Of a stretch of 64,000 nucleotides of DNA, positions 36,861 to 46,801 are shown piece by piece. A program made the position numbers and the translations under genes. The notes below the pieces were generated by a model that worked only from the letters and a program-made list of their open reading frames with translations, was not told where the DNA came from and searched no databases. Location of the stretch: assembly GCA_043767805.1 (NCBI GenBank), contig JAYUGC010000036.1:18875-82874 (forward strand). The letters run 5' to 3'. The stretch is from Pseudomonadota bacterium (GTDB lineage: Bacteria > Bdellovibrionota > FAC87 > UBA2466). Numbering within the stretch: the first letter of the stretch is position 1; each line of letters begins with the position of its first letter.

Positions 36861-37445
36861 TTAAATGGATTTCGGTGGGTCGACGTCATCGGGCGTATTC
36901 CAGTTCGCATGGATGCGAGCGTCCTGGACGGCAACGCGGGCTTTACGAGCTTGCGGTAAAGCGCGGAGCATCTCGTCTAGCCGGGCCGGGGCCGCGGCGT
37001 TCGCGATGCTTTGCAGTAAAGCGTTCGATAAGAGAACGGGATGGCCGCCTCTTTGTTCGAAAGTCGGAATGGCGGCAAGCGTTTCCGGGGTGAGCGCGGC
37101 CGACAGCGCCTGCCAAACTTCGGGGTTGGGAGCGGGAACATCCAGCGGCAAGACAAAGGCGCCTTCCGCTTTTGCCGCAAGCGCCGCGCTCGCGCCTATC
37201 TGCAGCGAGGAAAATGGCCCGCGGCTGGTATCGGGGTTGCTCAAAGTCCCAACCCAATCGGGAACTAAATCCACCAAAGTATCGTCGTCCGCGGCGAGAA
37301 CCACCCAGCCAACTTTACCGCCCGCTTCTTTAAAGCGGACCCACTGGTGTGTCACTAAAGGAAAGCCATGGATCGGAAGCTTCCCCTTCGGTGACTGCAT
37401 CCGGCTCGACTTGCCGGCGGCGAGTAGAATCAGCGGGTATTTCAT
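36861..37445 (-). CDS. mocA: Molybdenum cofactor cytidylyltransferase (MocA-like)
   Basis: ILLAAGKSSRM..PK, N......G...SL..G, LD.P, GHPV; xdh context. Confidence 0.78.
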   Translation of the reverse strand: MKYPLILLAAGKSSRMQSPKGKLPIHGFPLVTHQWVRFKEAGGKVGWVVLAADDDTLVDLVPDWVGTLSNPDTSRGPFSSLQIGASAALAAKAEGAFVLPLDVPAPNPEVWQALSAALTPETLAAIPTFEQRGGHPVLLSNALLQSIANAAAPARLDEMLRALPQARKARVAVQDARIHANWNTPDDVDPPKSI

Positions 37446-38202
37446 ACAGGGTCTCCAAGACTTGGGCTGCGAAACTAATGGCGATTTCCTTGGGAGCTTT
37501 GCCTTTGAGCGGAATGCCGATGGGACACGTAACTTTTTCCAAAGCACTTGCTTCGATCCCGAGGCTCTGTAAGCGGGACTGAAAGCGCCGCCACTTCGTG
37601 CGGCTTCCGATGAGGCCCAAGTAGCGCGCTGGTTTACCGACCAGTTCGCCAAGGATAGCCTGATCCAAAGCATGTTGATGGGTCAGCACCACCGCGTAAG
37701 TCCGCTCGGCTTCCCATTTGGCTTTTGTCACAACATCGAGCCAGGGCTCGGGATGCCGTAAGACCGAGCTCGGAATTTCCGGAGAGAAGAGCCATTCCGG
37801 TCGTGGGTCGATGAGGTGAATTTGAAAAGGCGTTTCGGCAAGCACTTGGCAAACGGCTCGGCCCACGTGACCCGCGCCGAAAACATAAAGCTGAGGCCCC
37901 CGGTGCAGCACCTCGATGAGAAGTGCCACGGTACCTCCGCAACACTGACCTGTCGTGGGGCCGAGTGGAATCTTGGCGAACCGGGGTTCTCCGAGGCTCA
38001 ACGCTTTCGCCGCTTCGGCGAGGGCTAGCTGCTCGAGGGAGCCGCCCCCAATGGTCCCAAAGAACTCGCCGTCCTCGCAGACGAGCATCTTCGCGCCGAT
38101 TTCCCGCGGCGCGGAGCCGGAATGACTGGCGACCGTGACTACCGCCACGGGACGGCCCTCCAGGCGCAGGGACTCAAGTTTCGAGAGCCAGTCCCAGTTC
38201 AC
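37330..38202 (-). CDS. xdhC: Xanthine dehydrogenase accessory protein XdhC
   Basis: GSAPRE.GAKM, GTIGGG.LE, QCCGG, FGAGHV, GLIGS..K, CPIG, K.P.EIA. Confidence 0.92.
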   Translation of the reverse strand: MNWDWLSKLESLRLEGRPVAVVTVASHSGSAPREIGAKMLVCEDGEFFGTIGGGSLEQLALAEAAKALSLGEPRFAKIPLGPTTGQCCGGTVALLIEVLHRGPQLYVFGAGHVGRAVCQVLAETPFQIHLIDPRPEWLFSPEIPSSVLRHPEPWLDVVTKAKWEAERTYAVVLTHQHALDQAILGELVGKPARYLGLIGSRTKWRRFQSRLQSLGIEASALEKVTCPIGIPLKGKAPKEIAISFAAQVLETLYEIPADSTRRRQVEPDAVTEGEASDPWLSFSDTPVGPL

Positions 38203-39059
38203 AGTGTCTCCAGAAACTGCCGGAGCAAGTTTTGAGCGACTTGTTTGCGGTAGACCGCCGTCGAACGGATATCGTCGATAGGAGTGAGCTCTTTGCCCAG
38301 CGCTTGGACGGCCGCTTCTATTTCCGCGCTCCCGAGTTTCTTGCCGAACAGAGTCGCTTCCGTGCTCTGGCAACGGTAAGGAACGGGCGCCACGCTACCG
38401 TACGCGAGACGGATATGAGCGACCGTGCCGTCTTCTTCGAGCTTTGCGCCGGCGGCGAGACAGACTTTGGAGATCGCTTGGGCTTTGCGCGTGCCAACCT
38501 TGCGGTACCACTGCGAGGTGCCGGCCGCGGGGCGTTTAATCCGAATGCGGCGGAGCAGCTCGTTCGGAGCTAGCGCCATCGTCTTATAGCCCGTGTGAAA
38601 AGACGCATAGGGAATCCACCGCGCGCCCGTTTTCGAGACCAACTCGACTTCAGCGTCATAAACGAGAAGAGCGGGCGGAGAGTCTGCCGCGGGAGACGCG
38701 TTTGCGATGTTGCCACCGAGAGTGCCTCGGTTCTGAATGGCGATGGCGCCCGTCTCGGAGGCCGCTCGGCAGAGCAATGGAAAATCCGCCTGCAGGTCCG
38801 TGTTTTCCCGGATTTCCGAAAACGTCGTCAAAGCTCCGAGCGTGACCGAGGCCGGAGTCTTTTCAAACGACTTGAGCTCTTTCATGCCCCAAAGGCTAAG
38901 GTAACTTCCCGCGGGAAGTCTGCCGGCCTCGAAAAGCACCATGAGATCGGTGCCGCCTGCGAGAGGTTTCCATTTTCCCGGCTCGGCGTGGATGAGCGCA
39001 AGGGCTTCCTCCAGCGTCTTCGGAACTCGTACGTCGTAATTCGGGAGATAGGCTCTCAC
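38199..39059 (-). CDS. Xanthine dehydrogenase family FAD-binding (medium) subunit
   Basis: AGGTDL, IQNRGTLGGN.ANASPAAD, PIDDIRST..YR. Confidence 0.92.
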   Translation of the reverse strand: MRAYLPNYDVRVPKTLEEALALIHAEPGKWKPLAGGTDLMVLFEAGRLPAGSYLSLWGMKELKSFEKTPASVTLGALTTFSEIRENTDLQADFPLLCRAASETGAIAIQNRGTLGGNIANASPAADSPPALLVYDAEVELVSKTGARWIPYASFHTGYKTMALAPNELLRRIRIKRPAAGTSQWYRKVGTRKAQAISKVCLAAGAKLEEDGTVAHIRLAYGSVAPVPYRCQSTEATLFGKKLGSAEIEAAVQALGKELTPIDDIRSTAVYRKQVAQNLLRQFLETL

Positions 39060-39520
39060 GGCTTCGCCTCCGCCGCGCGGGAGACCGCCTCGAAAATTTT
39101 CATGTAACCCGTGCAGCGGCAAAGATTTCCCGCGAGACCCTCGCGGATGTCCGCCTCCGTGGGAGCGGTGTTCTTTTCGAGAAGCTTGACCGCGGCGAGA
39201 ATCATTCCGGGCGTACAGATGCCGCACTGAGCGCCTCCGGTTTGGAGAAAAGCTTTTTGAACGGGGTGAAGCTCGCCGTTTTGGGCGAGTCCTTCAATGG
39301 TGGTGATAGCCGCGCCTTCCGTCTGTACCACGGGAATCAGGCAGCTATTGACTAGCTTACCGTCGATAAACACGGAGCAGGCTCCACACTCACCCTCTCC
39401 GCAGCCTTCTTTGACTCCCGTGCAATGGCCTTGCTCTCGGAGGACGTCGAGAAGGCGTGCCATCGGAAAGGCTTTGAACTGGGACGCTTTTCCGTTCACG
39501 CGGCAACTCACTTCAATCAC
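39056..39520 (-). CDS. Xanthine dehydrogenase family [2Fe-2S] (small) subunit
   Basis: GCGEGECGAC, SC, QCGIC, NLCRCTGY. Confidence 0.94.
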   Translation of the reverse strand: MIEVSCRVNGKASQFKAFPMARLLDVLREQGHCTGVKEGCGEGECGACSVFIDGKLVNSCLIPVVQTEGAAITTIEGLAQNGELHPVQKAFLQTGGAQCGICTPGMILAAVKLLEKNTAPTEADIREGLAGNLCRCTGYMKIFEAVSRAAEAKP

Positions 39521-41723
39521 GGGCGGCCTCCCAGGCAAGGTGAAGGTCTTCGGGCATCAGGGGGATGGCGCTCATTTGCAGGCCGGTGGCATTCTCGATG
39601 GCATTTAGAATCGCCGGCCCTGGGCCATCCATGGGGAGCTCGCCGATGCCTTTGCCGCCGTAAGGACCGTGGCCGAGATTCGTCTCGATGAAAGCGGTGC
39701 GAATACGCGGAACATCGGCCGCCGTCGGCATGATGTAGTTGGTCATCTGGTTATTAATCATGGCGCCGTCTTTCCAGATCACTTTTTCGTAAAGCGCGTA
39801 GCCGACGCCTTGGGCGACGCCGCCTTCGATTTGTCCCGCGGCGAGTACCGGATGAATCACGCGCCCGGCTTCCTGCACGGCGACGAAATCTTCCACGCGA
39901 GTCTCGAAGGTATCCATGTCGACGGCGACTTGAGCTACGTACACCGCCCAAGCAAAGGCCGCGTACGCGTCGCCCTTATACGCTTGATCGTCCCAGAGAA
40001 CACCGGCCGGTTGCTTGTACTGGCTGTACACTTTGAGCGGCCCGAGCTTTGCGATGTAGGACTGGCACGCGGCTTTGAAAGAGTCGCGGGTATGGGGCGA
40101 TTTCAGATGCCCGCTCGAGACAAGGGCTTGGAGGAGTCCCTGCGCGGCTTCCTCCACGAGCTTTCCCACCACCATACAGGTGCGAGAGGCCACGGTGGGT
40201 CCGCTATCGGGGACTTGTGCCGTGTCGGGCTGGGCGATGAGTATATCGTCGTAATGAAGGCCGAGCGCATCCGCCGTGATCTGCGAAAAGATGGTATTGG
40301 TGCCTTGGCCGATTTCGGTGCTTGCCGCGAGTACGCGCACCTGGCCTTCGGCCGTGGCCTCTACGCCGACGACCGAGGAAAGAAACTTCTCTCCCGAGCC
40401 GGTGAACCCCGCGCCGTGTAGAAAAGAAGCGAACCCGATGCCGCGCTTCACGCGGGACATCGGATTTTCCTTAGCAAACCGATCCCGCAGCTCGTGATAC
40501 TGGCTCATCTGAAAGGCTTTTTTGAAGAGGCCCGGGAAATCGACTTTCTCTTTGATGAGCTGAGACGTCGCGGTGACATCGCCTAGCTCCAGAAAGTTTC
40601 GGCTGCGAAACTCATAGGGAGTGAGACCGACAGCGGCGGCCACTTTGTCCATGTGTCTCTCTAGCCCAAAGAGACTTTGAGGCGCGCCGAATCCGCGAAA
40701 AGCGCCGTGGGGCGGGGTGTGCGTCATCACCGCGCGGCTCTTGATACGGACGTTGTCGCAGCGGTAGGGACCGGCCGCGTGAATGGTGCCGCGAGAGAGC
40801 ACGACGGCGGAAAGCGTGGCGTAGGCGCCGCCGTCCAAAAGAAAATCTATCTCCATGGCGAGGAGCTTGCCCTCTTTCGAGACGGCGGTGCGGTGTCTCG
40901 TGCGGGAGGGGTGGCGCTTCGTCGTCGCGGCCATGTCTTCCGCGCGATCGTAAATCATTTTGATCGTCTTGCCGGATTTCCACGCGAGTAGCGCCGCGTG
41001 GCCGGCGAGTAACGTCGGATACTCTTCCTTGCCGCCGAAACCGCCTCCCGTCTCGACCTGAACGATGCGCACTTTGTCGGAGGGCAATCCGAAGAGGGGC
41101 TTAAGTCCCTTGTGAACGTAGTAGGGACATTGGAGTGAGCCCCAGACCGTGACGCCGTCTTTGGGATTGGCGACGGCGACCATGCCGTTGGTCTCGATAT
41201 AGAGCTGCTCTTGCGCGCCCGTGAAGTACTCGCCCTCGACGACGAAATCGGCGTCCTCCCAAACCGGATCGACGTTTCCTTTTTCGACGAGATAACTTTT
41301 GAAGACCTTGTCGGCTTTTTCGAAATCCAATACCGGCGGCGAGCGCTCGTACTCGATGCGGACGCGCTTGCGGCCTTCCTCGGCCATGCCTTTGTCGGGG
41401 TGGGCGAGGAGAAGGACGGGCTCGTAGGGGTGATGGACTTCGCTTTCTGCGAGGAAAGGCTGATCCCTCTCGATGAGGGTGACGACGTTCTTTCCAGGGA
41501 TGTCTCTCGAGGTCACCACCGTGAACTCGCGCCAAGGCACGCCGGCCTCGAAGTGAACGGCTTTGATCTTGCCATGGGGAACCGTGCTGCGGACGGTAAC
41601 GCCGTACCAGGCGCCCGGAAAATCCAAGTCGTCGATATAGCGCGCTTCGCCGGTGACTTTGCTTCGGCCTTCCTTACGAAGGACCGGCTTACCCACCCAG
41701 GTTTCGGTATTAGCTTTGCCCAA
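39513..41723 (-). CDS. Xanthine dehydrogenase family molybdopterin-binding (large) subunit
   Basis: GGGFGGKE, LSAVVLSR, AFRGFGAPQ, GQIEGG, KGIGE; XDH-type substrate and catalytic residues appear conserved. Confidence 0.93.
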   Translation of the reverse strand: MGKANTETWVGKPVLRKEGRSKVTGEARYIDDLDFPGAWYGVTVRSTVPHGKIKAVHFEAGVPWREFTVVTSRDIPGKNVVTLIERDQPFLAESEVHHPYEPVLLLAHPDKGMAEEGRKRVRIEYERSPPVLDFEKADKVFKSYLVEKGNVDPVWEDADFVVEGEYFTGAQEQLYIETNGMVAVANPKDGVTVWGSLQCPYYVHKGLKPLFGLPSDKVRIVQVETGGGFGGKEEYPTLLAGHAALLAWKSGKTIKMIYDRAEDMAATTKRHPSRTRHRTAVSKEGKLLAMEIDFLLDGGAYATLSAVVLSRGTIHAAGPYRCDNVRIKSRAVMTHTPPHGAFRGFGAPQSLFGLERHMDKVAAAVGLTPYEFRSRNFLELGDVTATSQLIKEKVDFPGLFKKAFQMSQYHELRDRFAKENPMSRVKRGIGFASFLHGAGFTGSGEKFLSSVVGVEATAEGQVRVLAASTEIGQGTNTIFSQITADALGLHYDDILIAQPDTAQVPDSGPTVASRTCMVVGKLVEEAAQGLLQALVSSGHLKSPHTRDSFKAACQSYIAKLGPLKVYSQYKQPAGVLWDDQAYKGDAYAAFAWAVYVAQVAVDMDTFETRVEDFVAVQEAGRVIHPVLAAGQIEGGVAQGVGYALYEKVIWKDGAMINNQMTNYIMPTAADVPRIRTAFIETNLGHGPYGGKGIGELPMDGPGPAILNAIENATGLQMSAIPLMPEDLHLAWEAARD

Positions 41724-41816
41724 GTTTCACTCCCCCGGCTCTTATATCCGGTGGCGCTTCGATATACCAGTTTCCCGCTCTTGAATGGCGCGGGGCGGCA
41801 GGGCTAGCATTCTCCC

Positions 41817-42254
41817 ATGGATCACTTCATGAATGCGGCGATAGCCGAGGCGGAACTGGGACTACAAGAGGGCGGAATCCCTATCGGATCGGTGCTGGTC
41901 ATCGACGGAAACATCGTAGGGCGTGGTCACAACCGCCGGGTGCAGAAGGGGAGCGCCATTCTCCACGCGGAGATGGATTGCCTGGAAAGCGCCGGCCGGC
42001 TCACGGCGCGCGACTACCAGCGCGGGGTGCTTTATTCGACGCTTTCCCCGTGCGACATGTGCAGCGGGACGGCGCTCCTCTACAAGATTCCCCATATCGT
42101 CATTGGGGAGAACCAAACTTTTCAGGGGCCGGAAGCTTATGTGCTTTCCCGGGGAGTTCTCCTCGAAGTCCGTAACGACGAACGATGTTTGAAGCTCATG
42201 GCGGATTTCATCAAGAAGCACCCTCAGCTCTGGAACGAGGACATCGGAGTTTAA
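41817..42254 (+). CDS. Cytosine deaminase (Fcy1/CDA-fold)
   Basis: EGGIPIGS, GHN.RVQKGS, HAE, PCDMC, W.EDIG. Confidence 0.9.
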   Translation: MDHFMNAAIAEAELGLQEGGIPIGSVLVIDGNIVGRGHNRRVQKGSAILHAEMDCLESAGRLTARDYQRGVLYSTLSPCDMCSGTALLYKIPHIVIGENQTFQGPEAYVLSRGVLLEVRNDERCLKLMADFIKKHPQLWNEDIGV

Positions 42255-42257
42255 TCT

Positions 42258-42662
42258 TTGAAGGCGGAAGCTTACTGCGCGACTCAGCTCAAAGTTCTGG
42301 AAGCGGAGCATTTCATTGCGGTCGCGGAAGAAAAGCCCGGCCGGAAAGCGCCCGATCTCTTGAGCTACCGTCGTGACGGAAACTGTCTGTCGTTTCGCAT
42401 CCGCGAAGTGAAGTTCAAGCTCGAGGAAAGACTCGTCAAGAAAGCGTTGGCCCAGCTGGAGTCGGGTCTCGAGCAGATGGGAGAATACCCGGCGCCCTCC
42501 ATCGATCGTTTGGAACTGGTCGTGGCGCTTCAGGGCAGGAAAATCAAGACGCCGGAAAAGTGTTTTCTGGGTGCGGCGCTGAGCGAGAACCGATTCGAGC
42601 TGCTTTTAGGTGGCCAGCCGTGCCGGGTGCGCTCGCACGTAGTTACCGTACTTTTTCTATAA
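42258..42662 (+). CDS. Hypothetical protein, possible PD-(D/E)xK fold
   Basis: GGAG 8 nt before TTG; APDLL...REVK...AL.QL. Confidence 0.55.
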   Translation: MKAEAYCATQLKVLEAEHFIAVAEEKPGRKAPDLLSYRRDGNCLSFRIREVKFKLEERLVKKALAQLESGLEQMGEYPAPSIDRLELVVALQGRKIKTPEKCFLGAALSENRFELLLGGQPCRVRSHVVTVLFL

Positions 42663-42768
42663 GTTTCGCGCATAAGAAAGCCGGCCCTCCCTCTTAAATA
42701 GAACCCACGCTTCGCGGGTTTCAGGAAATTCTTTCCGGAACGGGTGTCGCTAGGCACCGACGACGGGG

Positions 42769-44196
42769 TTAGCGGTGCTTTTTCATCATCACGTAGTAGA
42801 CGAGGCCCGAAAGACCGAAGCCCACGAACCAAGCATAGTGATACAGGCCGTTGATTAGCGCCGGAACCGCGTCGGCCGGGAGTACTTTGATCGCGGTCAG
42901 AAAGCCCGGGACATTGGGCAGAATTCCCGCAATCAAGGCTACGACCGACGCCCGGTTAAAGCCGTTCGAGTACCAGTACCGCCCGGTCTCGGTATAAAGC
43001 TCGTCCACCACGAGCTGCTGGTGGCGAATCAAGAAGTAATCGACGATTAATATGCCGCCGATGGGGCCTAGAAGGCTCGAGTAGGCAATCAACCAGGTGA
43101 AGATATAGCCATTGGGATCGGCCATGAGCTTCCAGGGGAAAATCAACGCCCCAATGACCCCCGTGACGTAGCCGCCCATCTTGAAGTCGATCTTGTCGGG
43201 GGCAAGGTTCGAAAAGTCGTTGGCGGGGCTCACGATATTGGCCGCGATGTTGGTGGCGAGCGTCGAGATAATGACGGCGAGCATCGCAAAGCTCACCAAA
43301 ATGGGCGAATCGAACTTACCGGCCAGCACTACCGGATCCCAGATGAGCGTCCCATACACGATGAACGTCGCGCTGGTGACGACCACGCCCACGAACGAAA
43401 ACGCGGTCATGGAGGCCGGAAGCCCAATGGCTTGTCCCATGATCTGCGCCCGCTGCGACTTCGCGTAACGAGTGAAGTCGGGAATGTTCAAAGACAGCGT
43501 CGCCCAGAAGCCCACCATGCCGGTGAGTCCCGGAAAGAAGAACGCCCAGAACTCGGCGGAAGTCTGAAATTTCGAGGGCTGCGCCAAGATGGGGCCGAGG
43601 CCCTTTGCCGCGACCATGGCCCAGCCGAGAAGTGCCAGCGCCGCGACCGGCAAGAAGACCGCTTTGAAGAGGAGGAGCTTCTTGATGCTATCGATGCCGA
43701 GGTACACGACGTACATGTTCAGGCACCAGAACAGGAAGAACGTAATCGCGGGACCCGTCTCCAAGCCGAACCAAGCCGGGAACAGGGGCGGCAAGGCGGC
43801 GATGCCCGGCACCCAGATCTTCAAGATCTGATAGAGGGAGAAGCCGCCGATCCAAGTTTGGATGCCGAACCACCCGCAGGCGACGATAGCTCGCAAAATC
43901 GCGGGAATGTTCGCGCCCCGGATACCGAAGCTCGCGCGGGCAAAGACCGGGAAGGGAATGCCGTAGCGGGCGCCGGCATGGCCGTTCAAGATCATCGGGA
44001 CCAGGACGATGGCGTTACCGAGAAAGACGGTGAGGATTGCCTGCCACCAGTTCATGCCCCCTTCGATGAGGGAGCTCGCCAGCATGTAAGTCGGTATGCA
44101 CAGACTCATACTGATCCAGAGGGCCGCGTAGTTCCACGTTCCCCAGGTGCGTTTTTCCATTGGGACTACGGCTAGGTCCTCATTGGTGTAGCTCAT
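42769..44196 (-). CDS. NCS1 nucleobase:cation symporter
   Basis: YGIPFPV..R.SFG, GWFGIQTW, LNIPDFTR, N.AAN. Confidence 0.94.
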   Translation of the reverse strand: MSYTNEDLAVVPMEKRTWGTWNYAALWISMSLCIPTYMLASSLIEGGMNWWQAILTVFLGNAIVLVPMILNGHAGARYGIPFPVFARASFGIRGANIPAILRAIVACGWFGIQTWIGGFSLYQILKIWVPGIAALPPLFPAWFGLETGPAITFFLFWCLNMYVVYLGIDSIKKLLLFKAVFLPVAALALLGWAMVAAKGLGPILAQPSKFQTSAEFWAFFFPGLTGMVGFWATLSLNIPDFTRYAKSQRAQIMGQAIGLPASMTAFSFVGVVVTSATFIVYGTLIWDPVVLAGKFDSPILVSFAMLAVIISTLATNIAANIVSPANDFSNLAPDKIDFKMGGYVTGVIGALIFPWKLMADPNGYIFTWLIAYSSLLGPIGGILIVDYFLIRHQQLVVDELYTETGRYWYSNGFNRASVVALIAGILPNVPGFLTAIKVLPADAVPALINGLYHYAWFVGFGLSGLVYYVMMKKHR

Positions 44197-44210
44197 TTTT
44201 CCTCTGGAAT

Positions 44211-45488
44211 TTAAATGGTTTTGTCGGCGTAGCTCGGATGTAAATCGTACGGGAAGGGCGCCTTGGAGTCATACAGATTCATGCACTCCGGCACCGGGCA
44301 AACGGCGACGCAGAGATTACAACCCGTGCAGTTGTCGTATAGGAGCTCGGCCACGTTGCGAGATCCCGTCGCGCGCTTCGCGTCCGGAATGGATTTCAAA
44401 AGAAGCGCCTTGTAACCCGCGTCGTCACAAGCGACCACGCAGAGATTGCAGCCGGTGCAAGTCGTCTGGTTGATGGCGACCTTTTCCGACGAGGAATGCT
44501 TCAAGAGGAAATCGAACGATGTTATCTTGGTGTACATGTCGCCGACGATCTCGTTCACGGTCTTGAAGCCCATCTCGTCCATGTACTTCTCGAGGCCCTT
44601 GTTCATGCCTTCGATGATCTTAAATCCCCGGATCATGATTTCCGTGCAAACCTGAAGCTGGCCGGCTCCCATAAGCAGGTACTCGACGCCTTCGGACCAG
44701 GAGCTGATGCCGCCGACGCCCGAGATGGGAAGGCCGGTGGCCTGCTTACACTCCGCAACGCATTTCAAACCAATGGGCTTCACGGCGTTGCCGGAAATGC
44801 CGCCGATGGCCGTATAGCCGTTCACGGAAAGATGCGGCTCTTTCTTATAAATATCGACGCCGATTATGCCGTTTACCGTGTTGATGACGGTGATGGCATC
44901 GGTACCCGCGTCCTGGGCGGCTTTCGCCATGACTTTGATATTAGTCACGTTGGGCGTGAGCTTCGTCAGAATCGGAACCTTGCTGGAGGCCTTCGCCGTT
45001 TTGACGATGTTAGAAACGATGATCGGATCTTGGGAGCAGACGGCGCCCATGTCTCGCTCGGGCATGCCGTGCGGGCAGCCCAAGTTCAATTCCACGGCGT
45101 CGCATCCTACCTTATTCATCTCTACGATGAGCTTTGCCCACGCGTCCATGTCGTGGCCCGGCGCCATGACGGAGCCGATGATCATTTTCTTCGGGTAGCG
45201 CTTACGCAAAGTCCGGAGCTCGTCGAGCCAGACGGAGAGACGGCGATCCGTGATGAGCTCGATGTTCTGCATCGCGATCTCGCGGTTCCACTTCTTCATG
45301 GTCTGGATACGGGGCGCGACGTTGATGATGGGCTCTTCCACGGGCCCAACCGTCTTCATGATGGCCGAGCCCCAGCCGGCGTCGAAAGACTCCGCCATGA
45401 GCTGGCCGGTCGCGGCCGGGGGCGCCGAGGCGACGCACCACGGATTTTCCATCTCAAATCCCAAGAAGTGCGTCGTGAGCTTACCCAT
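44211..45488 (-). CDS. preA: Dihydropyrimidine dehydrogenase catalytic subunit PreA (PydA)
   Basis: NIELI, ELNLGCPHG..ER, KLTPN, INT, C-terminal two CxxCxxCxxxC ferredoxin motifs. Confidence 0.92.
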   Translation of the reverse strand: MGKLTTHFLGFEMENPWCVASAPPAATGQLMAESFDAGWGSAIMKTVGPVEEPIINVAPRIQTMKKWNREIAMQNIELITDRRLSVWLDELRTLRKRYPKKMIIGSVMAPGHDMDAWAKLIVEMNKVGCDAVELNLGCPHGMPERDMGAVCSQDPIIVSNIVKTAKASSKVPILTKLTPNVTNIKVMAKAAQDAGTDAITVINTVNGIIGVDIYKKEPHLSVNGYTAIGGISGNAVKPIGLKCVAECKQATGLPISGVGGISSWSEGVEYLLMGAGQLQVCTEIMIRGFKIIEGMNKGLEKYMDEMGFKTVNEIVGDMYTKITSFDFLLKHSSSEKVAINQTTCTGCNLCVVACDDAGYKALLLKSIPDAKRATGSRNVAELLYDNCTGCNLCVAVCPVPECMNLYDSKAPFPYDLHPSYADKTI

Positions 45489-46801
45489 TAGCGATTTCCC
45501 TTTTCAATGATGCCCAAACACTCGTCGATGACCTTGAGCATTTGATCGCACTGCGCCCGCGTAATGGAAAGCGGCGGCGCGACCCGCGCAACGTTGCCAA
45601 AGAGACCGCCCTTACCGATGAGAAGCCCTCGCTCGCGGGAAAGCTCCATGAGCTCATTCATCTCGGCGGTGGCGTAGGCTTTAGTCGTGCGATCTTTGAC
45701 GAGCTCAAAGCCCAAGAGAAGTCCCCGGCCGCGCACGTCGCCGATGAGCGGGTGCGTCTTCATGAGGCCTTTCAGGCCGTCCATGAGATACGTCCCTTGC
45801 GCGCGGGCGTTCTCGATGAGCTTTTCCTCGCGGATGATGTCCATGGTCACGCGAGCCTGCATGGTCTGGTACGGATCACTGCCGAAGGTATTGAAGAAGA
45901 GTTTTCCGGCGAGAGAATCCGAGATCTCGGTTTTCATGAGCGCCGCGCCGATGGCGGCGCCGTTACCGAGGCCTTTGGCCATGGTCACCATGTCGGCGTC
46001 GATCCCGAGCTCTTTCGTCAGTAAATAGTTTCCGCCGCAGCGGCCGGCGCCGGTCTGCACCTCGTCGCTGATGTACTTACCGCCGTACTTGTGCACGATG
46101 GACGCAACTTCGACGAAATATTCCTTGGGCGGCGTGATGAAACCGCCGACCCCCATGACGGGCTCCGCGATGAAGGCCGCGATTTTTCCGTGAGTCGACG
46201 TCTGAATCGTCGTCTCGACGTTCTTCGCGCACTCGAACTCGCAGCTATTGGCCGTCTTTCCGAATGGGCAACGGTAGCAGTAAGGCTCCATGGCAGAAGT
46301 GACCGCGGCGATCGGCTGCGCCCGGAAGCGCCAAGTATTGTGACCGCAGCTCGCCAAGGCCGCCGCGGTGGCGCCGTGGTAGCTGTGACGAAGGTTCACG
46401 ATCATCGTCTCGCCGGTCGCTTGACGAGCCGCCATGAAGGCAAGCTCGTTGGCTTCGCTGCCGGAGTTGGTGAAGAAAACCCGATCGAGTCCCTTGGGCG
46501 CTTCCTTGACTAATTCGGTCGCGAGTTGCGTGGAAGGCTCGCTCAGGTAGAGCGTCGTCGTATGTTGGATCGCGTCCGATTCCAGCATCTTCTTCATCTC
46601 GGCTTTGATCCGCGGATGATTGTGGCCGGCCGAAATGCAAACGATGCCACCGATGAAATCGAGGTATTCCTTGCCCGTTTCGTCATAGACGTACTGGGCC
46701 TTCGCTTTCACTAGCTGCAGCGGTTTCTTGTAGTAATGCACCGCCGTCGACAGGAAATGTTTTTTTCGGATTTCGAGAAGGGCTTCGGTGGAAGTCGCCA
46801 T
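45488..46801 (-). CDS. Class III aminotransferase (probably beta-alanine:pyruvate, AGXT2/PydD-like)
   Basis: NSGSEANE, DEVQTG, MAKGLGNG; operon context. Confidence 0.85.
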   Translation of the reverse strand: MATSTEALLEIRKKHFLSTAVHYYKKPLQLVKAKAQYVYDETGKEYLDFIGGIVCISAGHNHPRIKAEMKKMLESDAIQHTTTLYLSEPSTQLATELVKEAPKGLDRVFFTNSGSEANELAFMAARQATGETMIVNLRHSYHGATAAALASCGHNTWRFRAQPIAAVTSAMEPYCYRCPFGKTANSCEFECAKNVETTIQTSTHGKIAAFIAEPVMGVGGFITPPKEYFVEVASIVHKYGGKYISDEVQTGAGRCGGNYLLTKELGIDADMVTMAKGLGNGAAIGAALMKTEISDSLAGKLFFNTFGSDPYQTMQARVTMDIIREEKLIENARAQGTYLMDGLKGLMKTHPLIGDVRGRGLLLGFELVKDRTTKAYATAEMNELMELSRERGLLIGKGGLFGNVARVAPPLSITRAQCDQMLKVIDECLGIIEKGNR

